A DNA stretch of 64,000 nt. Source: Octopus bimaculoides (lineage: Eukaryota). The DNA lies in NCBI RefSeq assembly GCF_001194135.2, contig NC_068993.1, positions 18,931,967-18,995,966 on the forward strand. The letters run 5' to 3'. The position numbers were made by a program, and so were the translations under genes. Below the pieces are notes generated by a model, which had not been told where the DNA came from, did not search any database, and saw nothing but the letters and a program-made list of their open reading frames with translations. This document shows positions 27,423 through 39,457 of the stretch, piece by piece. Within the stretch, counting starts at the first letter, position 1, and each line of letters starts with the position of its first letter.

Positions 27423-28272
27423 AACAACAAACAAGATGAGGACAAATATGTATCAAATGTAAATAATGAGCACAACCAGTAGTTTTATTGGAAACTTGGG
27501 AGAAAATTGCCTCGTCCTGAGTTTTGTGAATCAAAAGGCTCCGAAACTTTCTCCCACAGCTACAACCGATAGTGATAAAGTCAGGACAAAAGTCGGAAAA
27601 AGAGAACCACACCAGCAACAACGACTTTGGCCAACGAACGAAACCAAAGCCCCCCACCTCCAAAAAATACTCTATCTGTTTGCAAGGATAGGAACTAGAC
27701 GGAATAGGCCTTTATGAAAATTTTAAAAAACTAAGTAAAATCTGCTTGAGGAAAAGCCGATCTCTTCTTTCATAGCAATGGACTTTACAGCCCATCGCAA
27801 GACCTATAGCGGCACAATGCAAGGCACTATTGAAAGAGATGTGTATTTTCTTGTCAACATTTTGATCAGGTAGAAATACTTAAGGGCACATTTGGAAGTA
27901 CTTAGCTTCAATATATGTAATGAACGAATCTCTTGTACAGTTTAAGGGTCAGCTGACATAATAAAGCTTGTGGGTAAATGATTGCGTCACCCATTATATA
28001 TTTTCTTTTGTTTAAATTATATTGTAAGTTAATTATTGTTTTATATAATTTGATATTTATTCTGTGTTTTAATAACTTTTGGGGTACGTTCATTATATAA
28101 CGCACTAATATCTTCCCAGGCCTTTACATACTTTCGTCTGGTCGGCTTTTTGTTTTTGTAACCTCAAGGTTTTAACAATTTATTGTATATTTTCCTGAAT
28201 ACTTGTGAATAATAACGAGAAAAATATAATTATCATTCTTATTACGATCATCAAGGTGCAAGCATCGTTGTT

Positions 28273-28386
28273 AAACGAGTAAATCGTAAAACGAGGTCGG
28301 TCATGGAACGAATTAAACTCGTACTGCGAGGTATCACTATATATAAGAATGGAAGACAAGGTTGGGAAGACGGTATAGCGACGAAA
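28273..28386 (-). repeat. Inverted duplicate of 29417-29530 (Tigger TIR plus its flank)
   Basis: Manual alignment gives 8 mismatches in 114 nt. Confidence 0.85.
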
Positions 28387-28942
28387 TGAACTATTACAAC
28401 TTCTCAACAATTTCCTGCGACTCCACGAACTCACGAACGACGTATTTCGACTTCCTGCGATTTCTCATCATTCGCTCTCAATCAAACACGCTGCTACTTA
28501 TACGAGTTCGGTTAGTCCATTCTCACAGGGGGTGTCATGATTCTCGCCATAACATCTCGCCTTTTAAGATTTGACTTCTGTAGGAAGTGCAGCTCATTTA
28601 TTTGATTTTATTCTACTTTTTTCATCATCAGCTCTACCTTTTTTAAGATTTTAATTTCCTCAGTAGTTTTAATACTTCTTTCGCTTAGGAACTATTTCTA
28701 GTCAGTCGGTCTGTTTATGTTTTCTATTGCTGATCCACCTAGTTTGGAACATCGAAGAAATCATAACAAACTTCTATCGGTATTTCTTCTCTTTCTTCGG
28801 TATATCTAGTCTTCAACAGGTTCAAATGTCTTTTGTACTCTCCTACTTGACCTTTTATTATGGACATCTTACTACCTACATTATTTACATTATTTACTTT
28901 ATTAACATTTAACGGATATTTGTCCTCATCTTGTTTGTTGTT

Positions 28943-28988
28943 AACACGACGTTTCGGCTGATATGCCCTCCAGTCTTCATCAGGCGTC
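28943..28988 (-). ncRNA. Minimal type I hammerhead ribozyme motif with GUC cleavage triplet
   Basis: Minus strand: gacgc-CUGAUGA-a-gacug[gagggcauau]cagcc-GAAA-cg-UC-guguu. One mismatch in stem II. Confidence 0.55.
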
Positions 28989-29035
28989 TTGGGGAAATTT
29001 CGGACCTGGGTTCTCATTCCTAAGGTATTTTTCGA

Positions 29036-29091
<56 letters not shown>

Positions 29092-29171
29092 TCATTGAAT
29101 CGAACTCGGAATCTTGTGGTTATTAGTCCGTGCTCTTAAGCCCAAGATTCCGAGTTCGATTCGGGTCACTG

Positions 29172-29214
<43 letters not shown>

Positions 29215-29279
29215 ATAATAATAATAGCAACATCGAAATGTACCTTAGGAATGAGAACCTAGGTTCAAAATTTCCCCAA

Positions 29280-29325
29280 GACACCTGATGAAGGTTGGAG
29301 GTTATAACAGCCGAAACGTTGTGTT
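29280..29325 (+). ncRNA. Minimal type I hammerhead ribozyme motif
   Basis: gacac-CUGAUGA-a-gguug[gagguuauaa]cagcc-GAAA-cg-UU-guguu. Stem II is retained through a G-U wobble. Confidence 0.55.
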
Positions 29326-29463
29326 AACAACAAACAAGATGAGGACAAATATCCGTCTAATGTACATAATTACTCATTTCTTAAATATAGAGCTGTAGTA
29401 TCTTACTCCCTATTCTTTTCGTCACTATACAGTCCTCCCAACATTGTCTTCCATTCTTATATA

Positions 29464-31153
29464 CAGTGATACCTCACAGTACGAGTTTAATTCTTTCTAT
29501 GACCGACCTCGTTTTACGATTTACTCGTTTTACGATTTACTCGTTTTACGATTTACTCGTTTTACAAATCGATTTTCCCGATTGAAATTAACTAAAATAT
29601 AATTAATGTGTTCCAGCCCCCAAAAGCCACTCAAAAATAATTTTTTATGGGTTTTAAACAAAAAAGGTGTAGTTGCAAGTAAAGTGACAATTATAAAAAA
29701 GAGAATGCATAAGAAATATGTAAACTGGTATTATTACCCGAATTACTGGTTTTGTTAACTGAATGGGTCGATTTGTGCGCGAGGAAGACGATAGAACGGG
29801 GAGGAGGTTTACTGTCTGGATGGAGAATCTTTCATTAAGACTTCATGGAAAACAATTTCTAGCATTTTCTCTCTCCGCTTAATTTAAGCTTTTTGGATTC
29901 ATATTCTTCACTTTTTGGTGTTGCGTGAAAGGTACATAACATTTATAAATTAAAATTCGTCCAGGATATCATTTTCAAGGTTAAGAGGGTGAGCAGGAGC
30001 ACAGTCGAGGATGAAGAGGCCCTTGAGAGGAAGATTGTTCTCCAGAACATACTTTTTCTCTGCTGGTCCGGAGAAGAATTGCCAGGCTTTAACGTTTGCC
30101 CTCCACACGACCTACAACTTATCCTTCAGGATTTTGTGCGACTTGAACACTCGTGGATTTTCGGAATTGTAGACATGAAGCGGCTTTAATCTTCAAGTCT
30201 CCACTCTCATTGGCATAAAGGACAAGGGTTAGCCTATCTTTCATAGGTTTGTGGCCTGATATTTTCTTCTCCTCTGCAGTTACATAGGTCGTTCTGGGTA
30301 TTTATTTTCCACAAAAGCCCATTTTCATCACAGTTGGATACCTGTTGTACAATGCATCCCTCGGCTCGGATGATCTGACGGGATTCACGCATGAAATCTT
30401 CAGCTGCCTTAGTGTCAGAGCTCGCTGCTTCTCCTTACCCGAAGGCGCTATGAGAGCCAGTCTTCTTCTTAAAATTACCAAACCGGCCGCGACTGGCATT
30501 AAATGCGTCTGCCGATGTCTCCTCCGTCGACGTTCCAGGGTTCTGTTTCAGGAGATCCCCATACAGCGCGTGTGCTTTCTCGCAGATGATGGTCTTCGTA
30601 ATCGTATCCCCTGCGAGTTGCTTCGTGTTGAGCCACAAGAAAAACAATTTTTCCATCTCTTCGTCAGATGTGCGTTGCTTAGAGAGCCTGGAGACACCCT
30701 TTGCTGTTGCAACGGCCTTTATCTCGTCCTTTCTCTTCAGGATGGTGCAGTTCTCTCTCTCATGTTTATCAATGATTTCTTTCTTCAGTTCTACCGTAAT
30801 TAGCTTTCTCTTCTTTTCAGCACTGTCCTTTGCACTAACCTTCTTAGGACCCATGGCTAACACAACTAATTATCATAAAATAATAGCAAAATATGCTTAA
30901 AACTAAACAAAAACACTGGCAAAAAACGCAACAGGGATGCTGTCACAACGAGATTAACACGTGAACTGAGCGAGCGGAGACTGTTCTTGTTGGGAGAGCG
31001 TGCGTGAGCTCACTGCCGACTAGCAGTCGCTTGTATGAAACTCGCTTGTACTGCGGATTTCTGCTCGTACTTCAAGACAAAAATTCGCACGTGCCTCGGC
31101 TCATACAGCAAATTACTCGTACAATGGTGAACTCGTACTGCGAGTTTCTACTG
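29464..31153 (-). mobile_element. Tigger/pogo DNA transposon with both TIRs and TA TSD; transposase disrupted
   Basis: Left TIR TA|cagtgatacctcacagtacgagt and right TIR actcgtactgcgagtttctactg|TA. Internal CENP-B-like transposase on the minus strand. Confidence 0.9.
30000..30854 (-). pseudogene. Tigger transposase pseudogene
   Basis: MGPKKVSAKDSAEKKRKLITVELKKEII..EMEKLFFLWLNTKQLAGDTITKTIICEKA (CENP-B-type HTH domains), then frameshifted QQVSNCDENGLLWK and KPMKDRL segments. Confidence 0.85.
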
Positions 31154-31289
31154 TATTTTGAAATGAACTTTATCTCCTACGTTAAAATACTGTGTTGTGT
31201 TTCTTGGTTTTTCCCTATATATTCTTTTTCTGTAGGTTACAATTGATCAAAAATTGATTTTATCTTCTAGGCAAACATTAGCTCTGCGG

Positions 31290-32745
31290 GCACTTGCCTG
31301 AACAAGTGTTCGGGTTAGGTTTTACCCTGTAAACCCTTAAGAATTAAGTTAGCGCTGCATCATTGCCTAATTCATTTCCTGATTTTTGTAGAGCTTGCTT
31401 AAATGTGTCTATAAACCTTTCTGCTTGCGCATTTGATCTCGGATGGTACGGCAGAGTAGAGATTTGATTTATTGCATACCTTTCACACAAATTTTAAAAT
31501 TCGTACCCCGAAAACTGCGTTCGGTTATCCGATACTATGGTGTCCGGGACACCGTATCGCGCAAAAAGTTCGTGAAGGAACCTTATTGTTACATTCGAGG
31601 TTGGTTGACTGCATCTACATATCTCAGTCCGCTTGGTATAGCTGTCTATTATGATCAGATAATATGCGCTGTTGACCGGTACAGTAAAATCTTTATGTAG
31701 CCTGGAACGCGGACTGTCTGTCTTAGGCCACAATTGGAATTTCACCGGTGGTGACTTTGCTGCGAGAGCACAACCTCTGCAGGATTTCACTAATTGTCCA
31801 ATATCACGGTCCATAGTAGGCTAATACACGTAACTCCTCATTACTGATTTCATTCTTGAAATCTTTGGGTATCTCATATGAAATTCACTTAATACACGCG
31901 TTTGTAGTGCGGCTGGAACTACAACTCTTTGTGCGTACATCAATACGCTATTACACAGAGAAAAAATGTTGCGCATTTGTGTTACTTATGTCTTTATTTT
32001 CTTTTACTTCCAACGTTTCTTTCATCTTTGCAATAAATTTGTCATTCTTCGATTTTAATCTTATACCTTGAACAACAACTGGCAGCTCCCGAACGACGTT
32101 ACACAAAATGTTTTTTTATTTCATATTCCGCTCGCAATGCGGCAATCACAGTATCTTCGAATAGTTCTTTTTCGTTTTGAATTAACCTTGAGAAACAATT
32201 CGCATGACCTAACCTCTTCGATGGTATATACTCCATCTTAAAGTCGTAATTTAACAATATCGTACCCAACGTTGTAATCTATTTGCATTATGGGTAGGAA
32301 TTCCTTTCTTTGAACCAGAAATTGATAATAATAGCCGTTGATCAGTTTGTAGCCGAAAATTTCTACCGAAAATTTCCTCACGGCAAAAAATGATCACTAG
32401 AGCTTCTTTCTCTATTTAACTATAGTTTTCCTTGCTGCTATCAGTGAACGTGAGGCATGAACCCTCGACTTCATATTACCTTCTTTATATTTGTGTAGCT
32501 TTACTGCTTCTATGTTGTAATCAGAAGAGTCAAAAACTACAACAATCTCCGCTGCAGGTCGAAATGAGCCTTCGAGAAATCCTATGTTAATATTTGTTTA
32601 ATATCGTCAAACGCCTTTTGACATTTATTTAACCAATTCCACTTCACATTCTTTTTTAGCAAATTATTTAGCGGAGTTCTCAATTCATGCATATTTGGTA
32701 TATAATTTTGATAATAATTCGCTAGAATTAAAATGCTGGCAATCT
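31290..32745 (-). mobile_element. Ty3/Gypsy pol remnant (RT connection, RNase H, integrase)
   Basis: ANYYQNYIPNMHELRTPLNNLLKKNVKWNW, IEKEAL, IPTHNANRLQRW, and VKSCRGCALAAKSPP..FARYGVPDTIVSDN (ORF 31494-31814). Confidence 0.9.
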
Positions 32746-32778
32746 TTTTCATACTTCCTTACTCATTACTTCCTATTA

Positions 32779-32834
<56 letters not shown>

Positions 32835-33360
32835 GGTAGTAGCAATAGTGGTAACTGTAGTAGTACTCTAGGCAGAAGTAGTAGTGTTGATAAAATTACA
32901 ACATCATACATTGTATGAAGAGTGGAAACACGAAATACGTAAAATTAAAAAAATAGGCAACCATAGTTAATTACTAACAGCATAATATCGTTAACTGATA
33001 GGACACAACTAATGATATTACACTGCTAATGGTTGTATCTCCATCCCAATGATGCAATTAATGAAACCTTATTGTTAGCGGTATATCATTGTTAAACGGC
33101 AATTAGTGATGCCTTCGTATATACATTTATGAAAAACAACTGTAGATGGATGGAGCAAATATGCGCTTTGATGCATGAATTTGTTTACCGCATCGTATAT
33201 TTCATTCGATCATTATACCATTCTACATGACAGGTAACTATTCTAATTACAGATAGAGCATGCATATTACACACACACACATACATACACACATCTATAT
33301 ATATATACACACGCACAAACACACATATATATACATACATGTATATATACACACACACGC

Positions 33361-33363
33361 ATA

Positions 33364-33450
<87 letters not shown>

Positions 33451-33530
33451 AGAAAGGAAGAGAAAGAAAGATAGAGAGAGAAAGGGAGAGTGAGAGAGAA
33501 AAAGGGAAAAAGAGAGAGAGAGAGGGATAT
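33361..33530. repeat. (TA)n and GA-rich microsatellite block, representative of many (e.g. (TAC)/(TAA) 5080-5177, (ATT) 32780-32833, (CA) 37624-37747, (ATCT) 38881-39010, (AAT) 59578-59678, (ATCT)/(GTCT) 63733-63830)
   Basis: Directly visible simple repeats. Confidence 0.95.
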
Positions 33531-35159
33531 ATACACATATATTATGACAGTGAGCCAAATCACTCTGCGCTAAAGCTTTCTATCATCTTTTATTATACTA
33601 ATCAACGTTGTGCGTGCGTCCGTTTTGCGCGTTCGCATGTGTGTGCATTTGTGTGTATGCGTGTGTGTATTATCAAACCGGCCGCCACCCTTGGAAAGGA
33701 TTACAAACGATGCAGAGTTATACATACCCAAAGTTCCAGTGTTCGCACATATACTGGACATGCCAAAATATCTCTCCTTGGTATTGAACGCATATTAAGA
33801 TCGTATAGTAACAGAATCAAGATTGCGTTGGATGAAATATGCTACGTTATTTGTCCGGGAAGTTTATGTCCTGGTTTAAAATTCTACCGTGGCCAACTTC
33901 CCCTTGCATCCATCGGAGTTGCTCTTGTAGATTCCAGTTTTTTATGCAATGGTCTATAATGATAGAGCTGTGCCGATGGTCTATAACGATAGAGGAACCG
34001 TCGACAGGTGGCATAACAAACACCGGTTGGAGTACTCTACCGTTGCATCACTAAAACCGATTTGTAACATCTCTTTATTACGGTCAATACAGGACAATTG
34101 TAACCTCACACACACATATACACACAAACACATACTCACACACACACACACGCACACACACATACACACACACACATACGCACATATACATTAAAAGGAG
34201 CAGTGTGTACCTCATTAAAAATTATAATACCAAAATAAGAAAGAAAACACTGCAGTCATACAACTAAAAGGACTTTCAGTGCAACTTGAAAAACAGCCAC
34301 TACTCTTGGTACTTCATTGATTTCTACTTTATATTAACGGAAATGAGGGGAAAAGACCATTTCTTTCTTTTTGTTTTGAGTCGAAATTTTGATATGTCCG
34401 TTAGAGGTCTGGTGCGAACCGTGACGCAGGAAGAAGAAGAGTAGTGTGAAAAATTCAGCCTCAGAAATACCCAGCGTCATATCCAACTAATTTGTCGAAG
34501 AGTTTGTGGTCAATGACCTACAACGTTTATCTTAAATTGCAACAGAGGAGATTTCACAGGAAAATGCGAGCTGGGTTGGTTCAATGTAATACAAGAGCAA
34601 TGTAGACATGATTGAAAATTTCAGAAAGATTACTTTGCAAAAAGATTTAAAAACTTTTAGATTAATATAAAGATAGACTTTTCCTTTCATCCGTCTGAAA
34701 TCGGTAAAGTAATTGCGAAGTACTAGGATTGATTTCTTCGACTTCAGATCTGTGTCAACATGCAATGTTGATACAATAGAGGCGGCATCCCGTCCAAATG
34801 CGAGGCATCTACAATAACTAAAGTAAAACACGGATTGAAATGCATAAAACATGTTAAAACTTTGCAAAGAGACTAATATTTATCGCAGTTAGTGTGGTTG
34901 AACTTCACAAATGGTTGCGATTGCCTATAAAAATTCTATACACAACTTCCATCTCATATGAGGCGCTGATAATTCGGATCATGGTTATGGGTTCGATATG
35001 GTTTCAATAGAGCTAGCCATTGTACCATGGAGGCGGGCTACTTTGGTCTTGTGTCCAGATGTTGGATCATTGCTTGATACTGCAATATCTGCTCGGCGGT
35101 ATTCGTATATCACAATCGTTTAGTATTGTGAACTCAGTCCGCCCAATCTATCTTCTACC

Positions 35160-35660
35160 ATTAATATCGCTTTCCACTATAGGCACAACGGTCTGAAATT
35201 GTGGGGAGAGGCTAGTCGATTACATTGACTCCAGTACGGCGGAATTGGAACGCAGAAGAAGCCATTAATATTGGTTTCATATTTTGGCAGACGATCAGTA
35301 ATTCTGGGCAAGAGGTATGTCGATTACATCGATCTCCGTGCTTAACTGGTACTTGTTTTATCAGCCCCGAAATGATAAAAGGCAACGTCAGCACTGACGG
35401 AATTTGAACTCAGAACGTAAAGATGTACCAAACCATTAATATTGATTAAAATTTTGGAACAAGGTCAGTAATTCTGGGGTAGGAGTTAGTCGATTACATC
35501 AACTCCAGTACTTAAGTGACACTTATTTTATCGACCCTAAAAGGCAAAAAAATGGAAAAGAACGGCTTCGTTGGAATTCGAACTCTGTCTGAAAGGGCGG
35601 ACGAAATGCTGGTAAGTAATTTGGCCGGCGGGCTAATGATTCTGCCAGCTCGTCGCCAAA
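35160..35660 (-). mobile_element. Stack of diverged SINE B copies
   Basis: Repeated gtcgattacat..actggtacttgttttatc..cccgaaatgataaaaggcaa..gaatttgaactcagaacg modules. Confidence 0.65.
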
Positions 35661-36193
35661 TATTACTACACTTTTATATTTGATTTGTTAGATACTTGAT
35701 GTGAATTTGCGCGTTGAAGCCGATTGCTGTGCTACCATTAAAACACAAGCACAGATTGTGTATCACTTCTGTTAATTAGCAATTAACAAATTAGCTAATT
35801 AAATAATTACTGAATCACTCAGTTAATTATTTGTTTCTCAACGTCATTTCCTCATACCCTCTAAACATGCCAATGATGTGTTTCTCACACATACTCTCTG
35901 CTTTGCACTCACTCTTTGCTTCGTGTGATTTTAACAAAACGAAATAGTGAAATTTTTTCCCGTTTTGCTATTTGTACCGTATAAACAATTTGTGTGAGTA
36001 TATGTGTGTGTGCATGTATGTGTGTGAGTGTGCACGCGTGCATGCTTTTGTGAGTGAATAATTCTAATCAAGGTGGTAAGAATGGTAAGAGTTTCTGTGT
36101 GCATGTGCGAATTTTGCTATCTTCTTTCAGTTGTTTTACTTTTCGCTCTCATGATTAATTTTATTATCATATGTCTGCACAGATGTCACATTG

Positions 36194-36262
<69 letters not shown>

Positions 36263-36662
36263 GTGTGTTTGTGTAGATGTAAGTATATGTATATGTACGT
36301 GTGTATATATACCGTTGCTGTTGTTTCTGACATTTCATTTGTTTCTTGTTTTCGTTATTCATTTCTGTATGACAACATTTAGCCCCAGATGGTTTCATAT
36401 TTATTTCATTGTTTGTTTTTTGTACGTCTACTCCCAAATACTTATCCACACTTAACCCACACACTCCAGTTTATTCAAACTTTCATCTACATACACGCAC
36501 ATATGCACATACATATGCATGTACATAGATGCATATGCATCTTGATATTTTACGCACATACGAATGTGCACTGAAGTATAGACCTGTATAGACACACACA
36601 CACACACACACATGCATACCCACGCGCTCGCGCGCGCACACACGCTACCGCACACACACACA

Positions 36663-36700
<38 letters not shown>

Positions 36701-36900
36701 NNNNNNNNNNNNNNNNNNNNNNNNNNNNNNNNNNNNNNNNNNNNNNNNNNNNNNNNNNNNNNNNNNNNNNNNNNNNNNNNNNNNNNNNNNNNNNNNNNNN
36801 NNNNNNNNNNNNNNNNNNNNNNNNNNNNNNNNNNNNNNNNNNNNNNNNNNNNNNNNNNNNNNNNNNNNNNNNNNNNNNNNNNNNNNNNNNNNNNNNNNNN

Positions 36901-36954
<54 letters not shown>

Positions 36955-37069
36955 CGGACGGTATATATCTGGAGAATATGTCTACAATTTGTCAACAATT
37001 TTCGATAGCTCACAAACCAGATTCTTGTTGGGGTTGTAACTTTAGTAACGGTAATAGAAGCATGAAAAT

Positions 37070-37281
37070 ATTCTTTTCTACTTCAGGCACAAGGCCTGAA
37101 ATTTTGGGAGAGGGGGCCAGTCGATTAGATCGACCCCAGTACACAGCTAGTACTTAATTTATCGGCCCCGAAAGGATAAACGGCAAAGTCGACTTCGGTG
37201 GAATTTGTACTCAGAAAGTAAAGACAGACGAAATAGCATTAAGCATTTCGTCTGGCGTGCTAACATTTCTGCCAGCTCTCC
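37070..37281 (-). mobile_element. SINE family B, full length
   Basis: Complete head, core and tail. Flanks repeat tagaagca(t/c)gaa(a/c)atatt. Confidence 0.85.
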
Positions 37282-37625
37282 GACTTAGAAGCACGAACAT
37301 ATTGTGATAGAAAATGTAACAAATTAAGTAGATGGAAATAGAGAATTATAAAACAATTATATAAGCTCCGTAATATGTGTCGTCATATTGGCATGCAAAA
37401 ACGATAATAATTTTACATATAATAATAAAACACAAATGTGTTCTCGTCGGTCACGCTTGCGAAAGAAAAGTAAAACAAGAAACTGAGCTGCAGTGGGTGA
37501 CAGCCAGAGACGCCCATTGCAGGCAAACAGCACTGGAAAATTGTGGCTGGAAGACGCTGGTATTTAAATCAAAATAAAAAGAATTCAAATTTTTATCGAA
37601 TATTGCATTTAGTTTATCAATTCCA

Positions 37626-37756
<131 letters not shown>

Positions 37757-38173
37757 TTATATAAAACAAATAATAAATGAATATATGCATATATACGTAC
37801 AAGTATGTGCATACCTACGTCTACCTGTATATATAGGTGCATATCTGGGTACAGGACGTTGCAAACAAAAAGTAGACAAAAAAAATAACAACCAGAGTAT
37901 AGAAAACACACAGGCCACATAGAGAACATTTTCCTTCATCAGCTGCCACCATTCTAACACAAGCGTCTCGAAGAGTTAGGGCAGGACGCATCGTTAAAAT
38001 GGCTCTTACCACGGAACAAAAATTAAATTTGTACCATGGAGGAATGTAGTGGCGGACAGAAAACAAGACAGGAAAACAAACGGAAAAGGCTATACGGCCA
38101 GACGTGAAAAATTATGTGTATATTGAACGCTGTGAAGCAACGAACTGGAAGGAAGCGGGACGAAGTAGGTTCG

Positions 38174-38207
<34 letters not shown>

Positions 38208-38879
38208 TAAATATAAGAAAGTTTTATTTTCAAAATATGATCGTCCACATAGCATATATATATATATAGATGTTATGTGAACGTTCCATACAATAGGCTT
38301 GATAATTCTTTACAGACATACCTCTATTAAGATGATATCAATGGTAGCCTGATTAACTCACAAATAAAGAAAACCGTTGTCATTATACCTACATTCATTA
38401 CATAACCATAAATAACAATAATTAAGAATATATACTTACATGCCTTTGTTTTATACGAAATTTCATAGGATTCTGTAAATCCTTGATATTTTGGAAATCT
38501 ATGTTATTTGACGTGATTGTATTAGTGACATATCTTCCAATTCCACATGATTTCATATTACTTTGTCTGAAAATATATAATGTTCTAGAAAATTAAATCG
38601 AAGTAACTCACCATTAATTTAAAATCACTTTTCGCTGCGATATGTAGAAGCGTACTATCATGGTCTAAATTGTTCTCTTCTCGTGCTTGTCTTAGACATT
38701 GAGCTCTAGACATGTTGTGTAACATCGTCAAGTGTTTTTAGTGGCTGAAATAAATCCCTGTATTCATTTAAAATCGAGTGCTTATTCTATCGCTCACTTA
38801 TTTGCCGGGTCGTTAATTTGCAGAGACATAAACAAACTTACAGCGGTTAGAGACGAACACCAACACGAACACACAAAGG

Positions 38880-38925
<46 letters not shown>

Positions 38926-38934
38926 CCTATCTAC

Positions 38935-38992
<58 letters not shown>

Positions 38993-39010
38993 GTCTGTCT
39001 GTCTGTCTGT

Positions 39011-39240
39011 TTATTTCAGTCACTTTCGATTACAGCCATGCTAGGGCACCGCCTTAAAGGGTTTTAGTTGAAGAAATCAACCCAGCACTAGTTTTTTAAA
39101 GCTTTGTACTTACTCGATTAGTCTTTTCCCGAACCGATGAGTTACGGGGACGTAAAATTACCAGCAACGGTAGTCGGGTAGCGGTGAAGAGAAACACAGA
39201 CACAAAGACAGCCAGACAGACACACACACGCACAGACGCA

Positions 39241-39290
<50 letters not shown>

Positions 39291-39457
39291 CACACACATA
39301 CACACACACACACAAACATACACACACACACACACACACACATACGACGGGCTTCTTTCAGTTTCTGCCCACCAAATTCACTCACAAACATTTGTTCGCG
39401 CCGAGGCTATACTAGAAGACATTTGTTCAAGGTGCCACGCAGTAGGACTGAATTCGG
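39011..39457 (-). mobile_element. SINE family A with expanded internal (CT)/(CA) tract, 5' end running into a gap
   Basis: Right arm at ~39011-39200, microsatellite at ~39200-39345, left arm gacgggcttctttcagtttc.. up to the gap. Confidence 0.75.

Larger units (their letters stand above)
26966..27468. mobile_element. Head-to-head foldback of a tRNA-headed, hammerhead-bearing SINE-like element (copy 1)
   Basis: 27010-~27235 is the reverse complement of ~27243-27468. Each arm has a tRNA-like segment with B box, (AAT)n, a unique body and the hammerhead motif. Confidence 0.85.
28878..29397. mobile_element. Head-to-head foldback of the same tRNA/hammerhead element (copy 2)
   Basis: Arms are reverse complements around ~29140, with the same body as copy 1 but a different central junction. 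Confidence 0.85.

Noticed and set aside
37757-37960. Signal-peptide-like ORF MKENVLYVACVFSILWLLFFLSTFC and an overlapping C*NGGS* EGF-like string (minus strand)
   Set aside because: Hydrophobicity comes from a T-rich tract, the EGF-like frame has stops, and no downstream partner exon was found.
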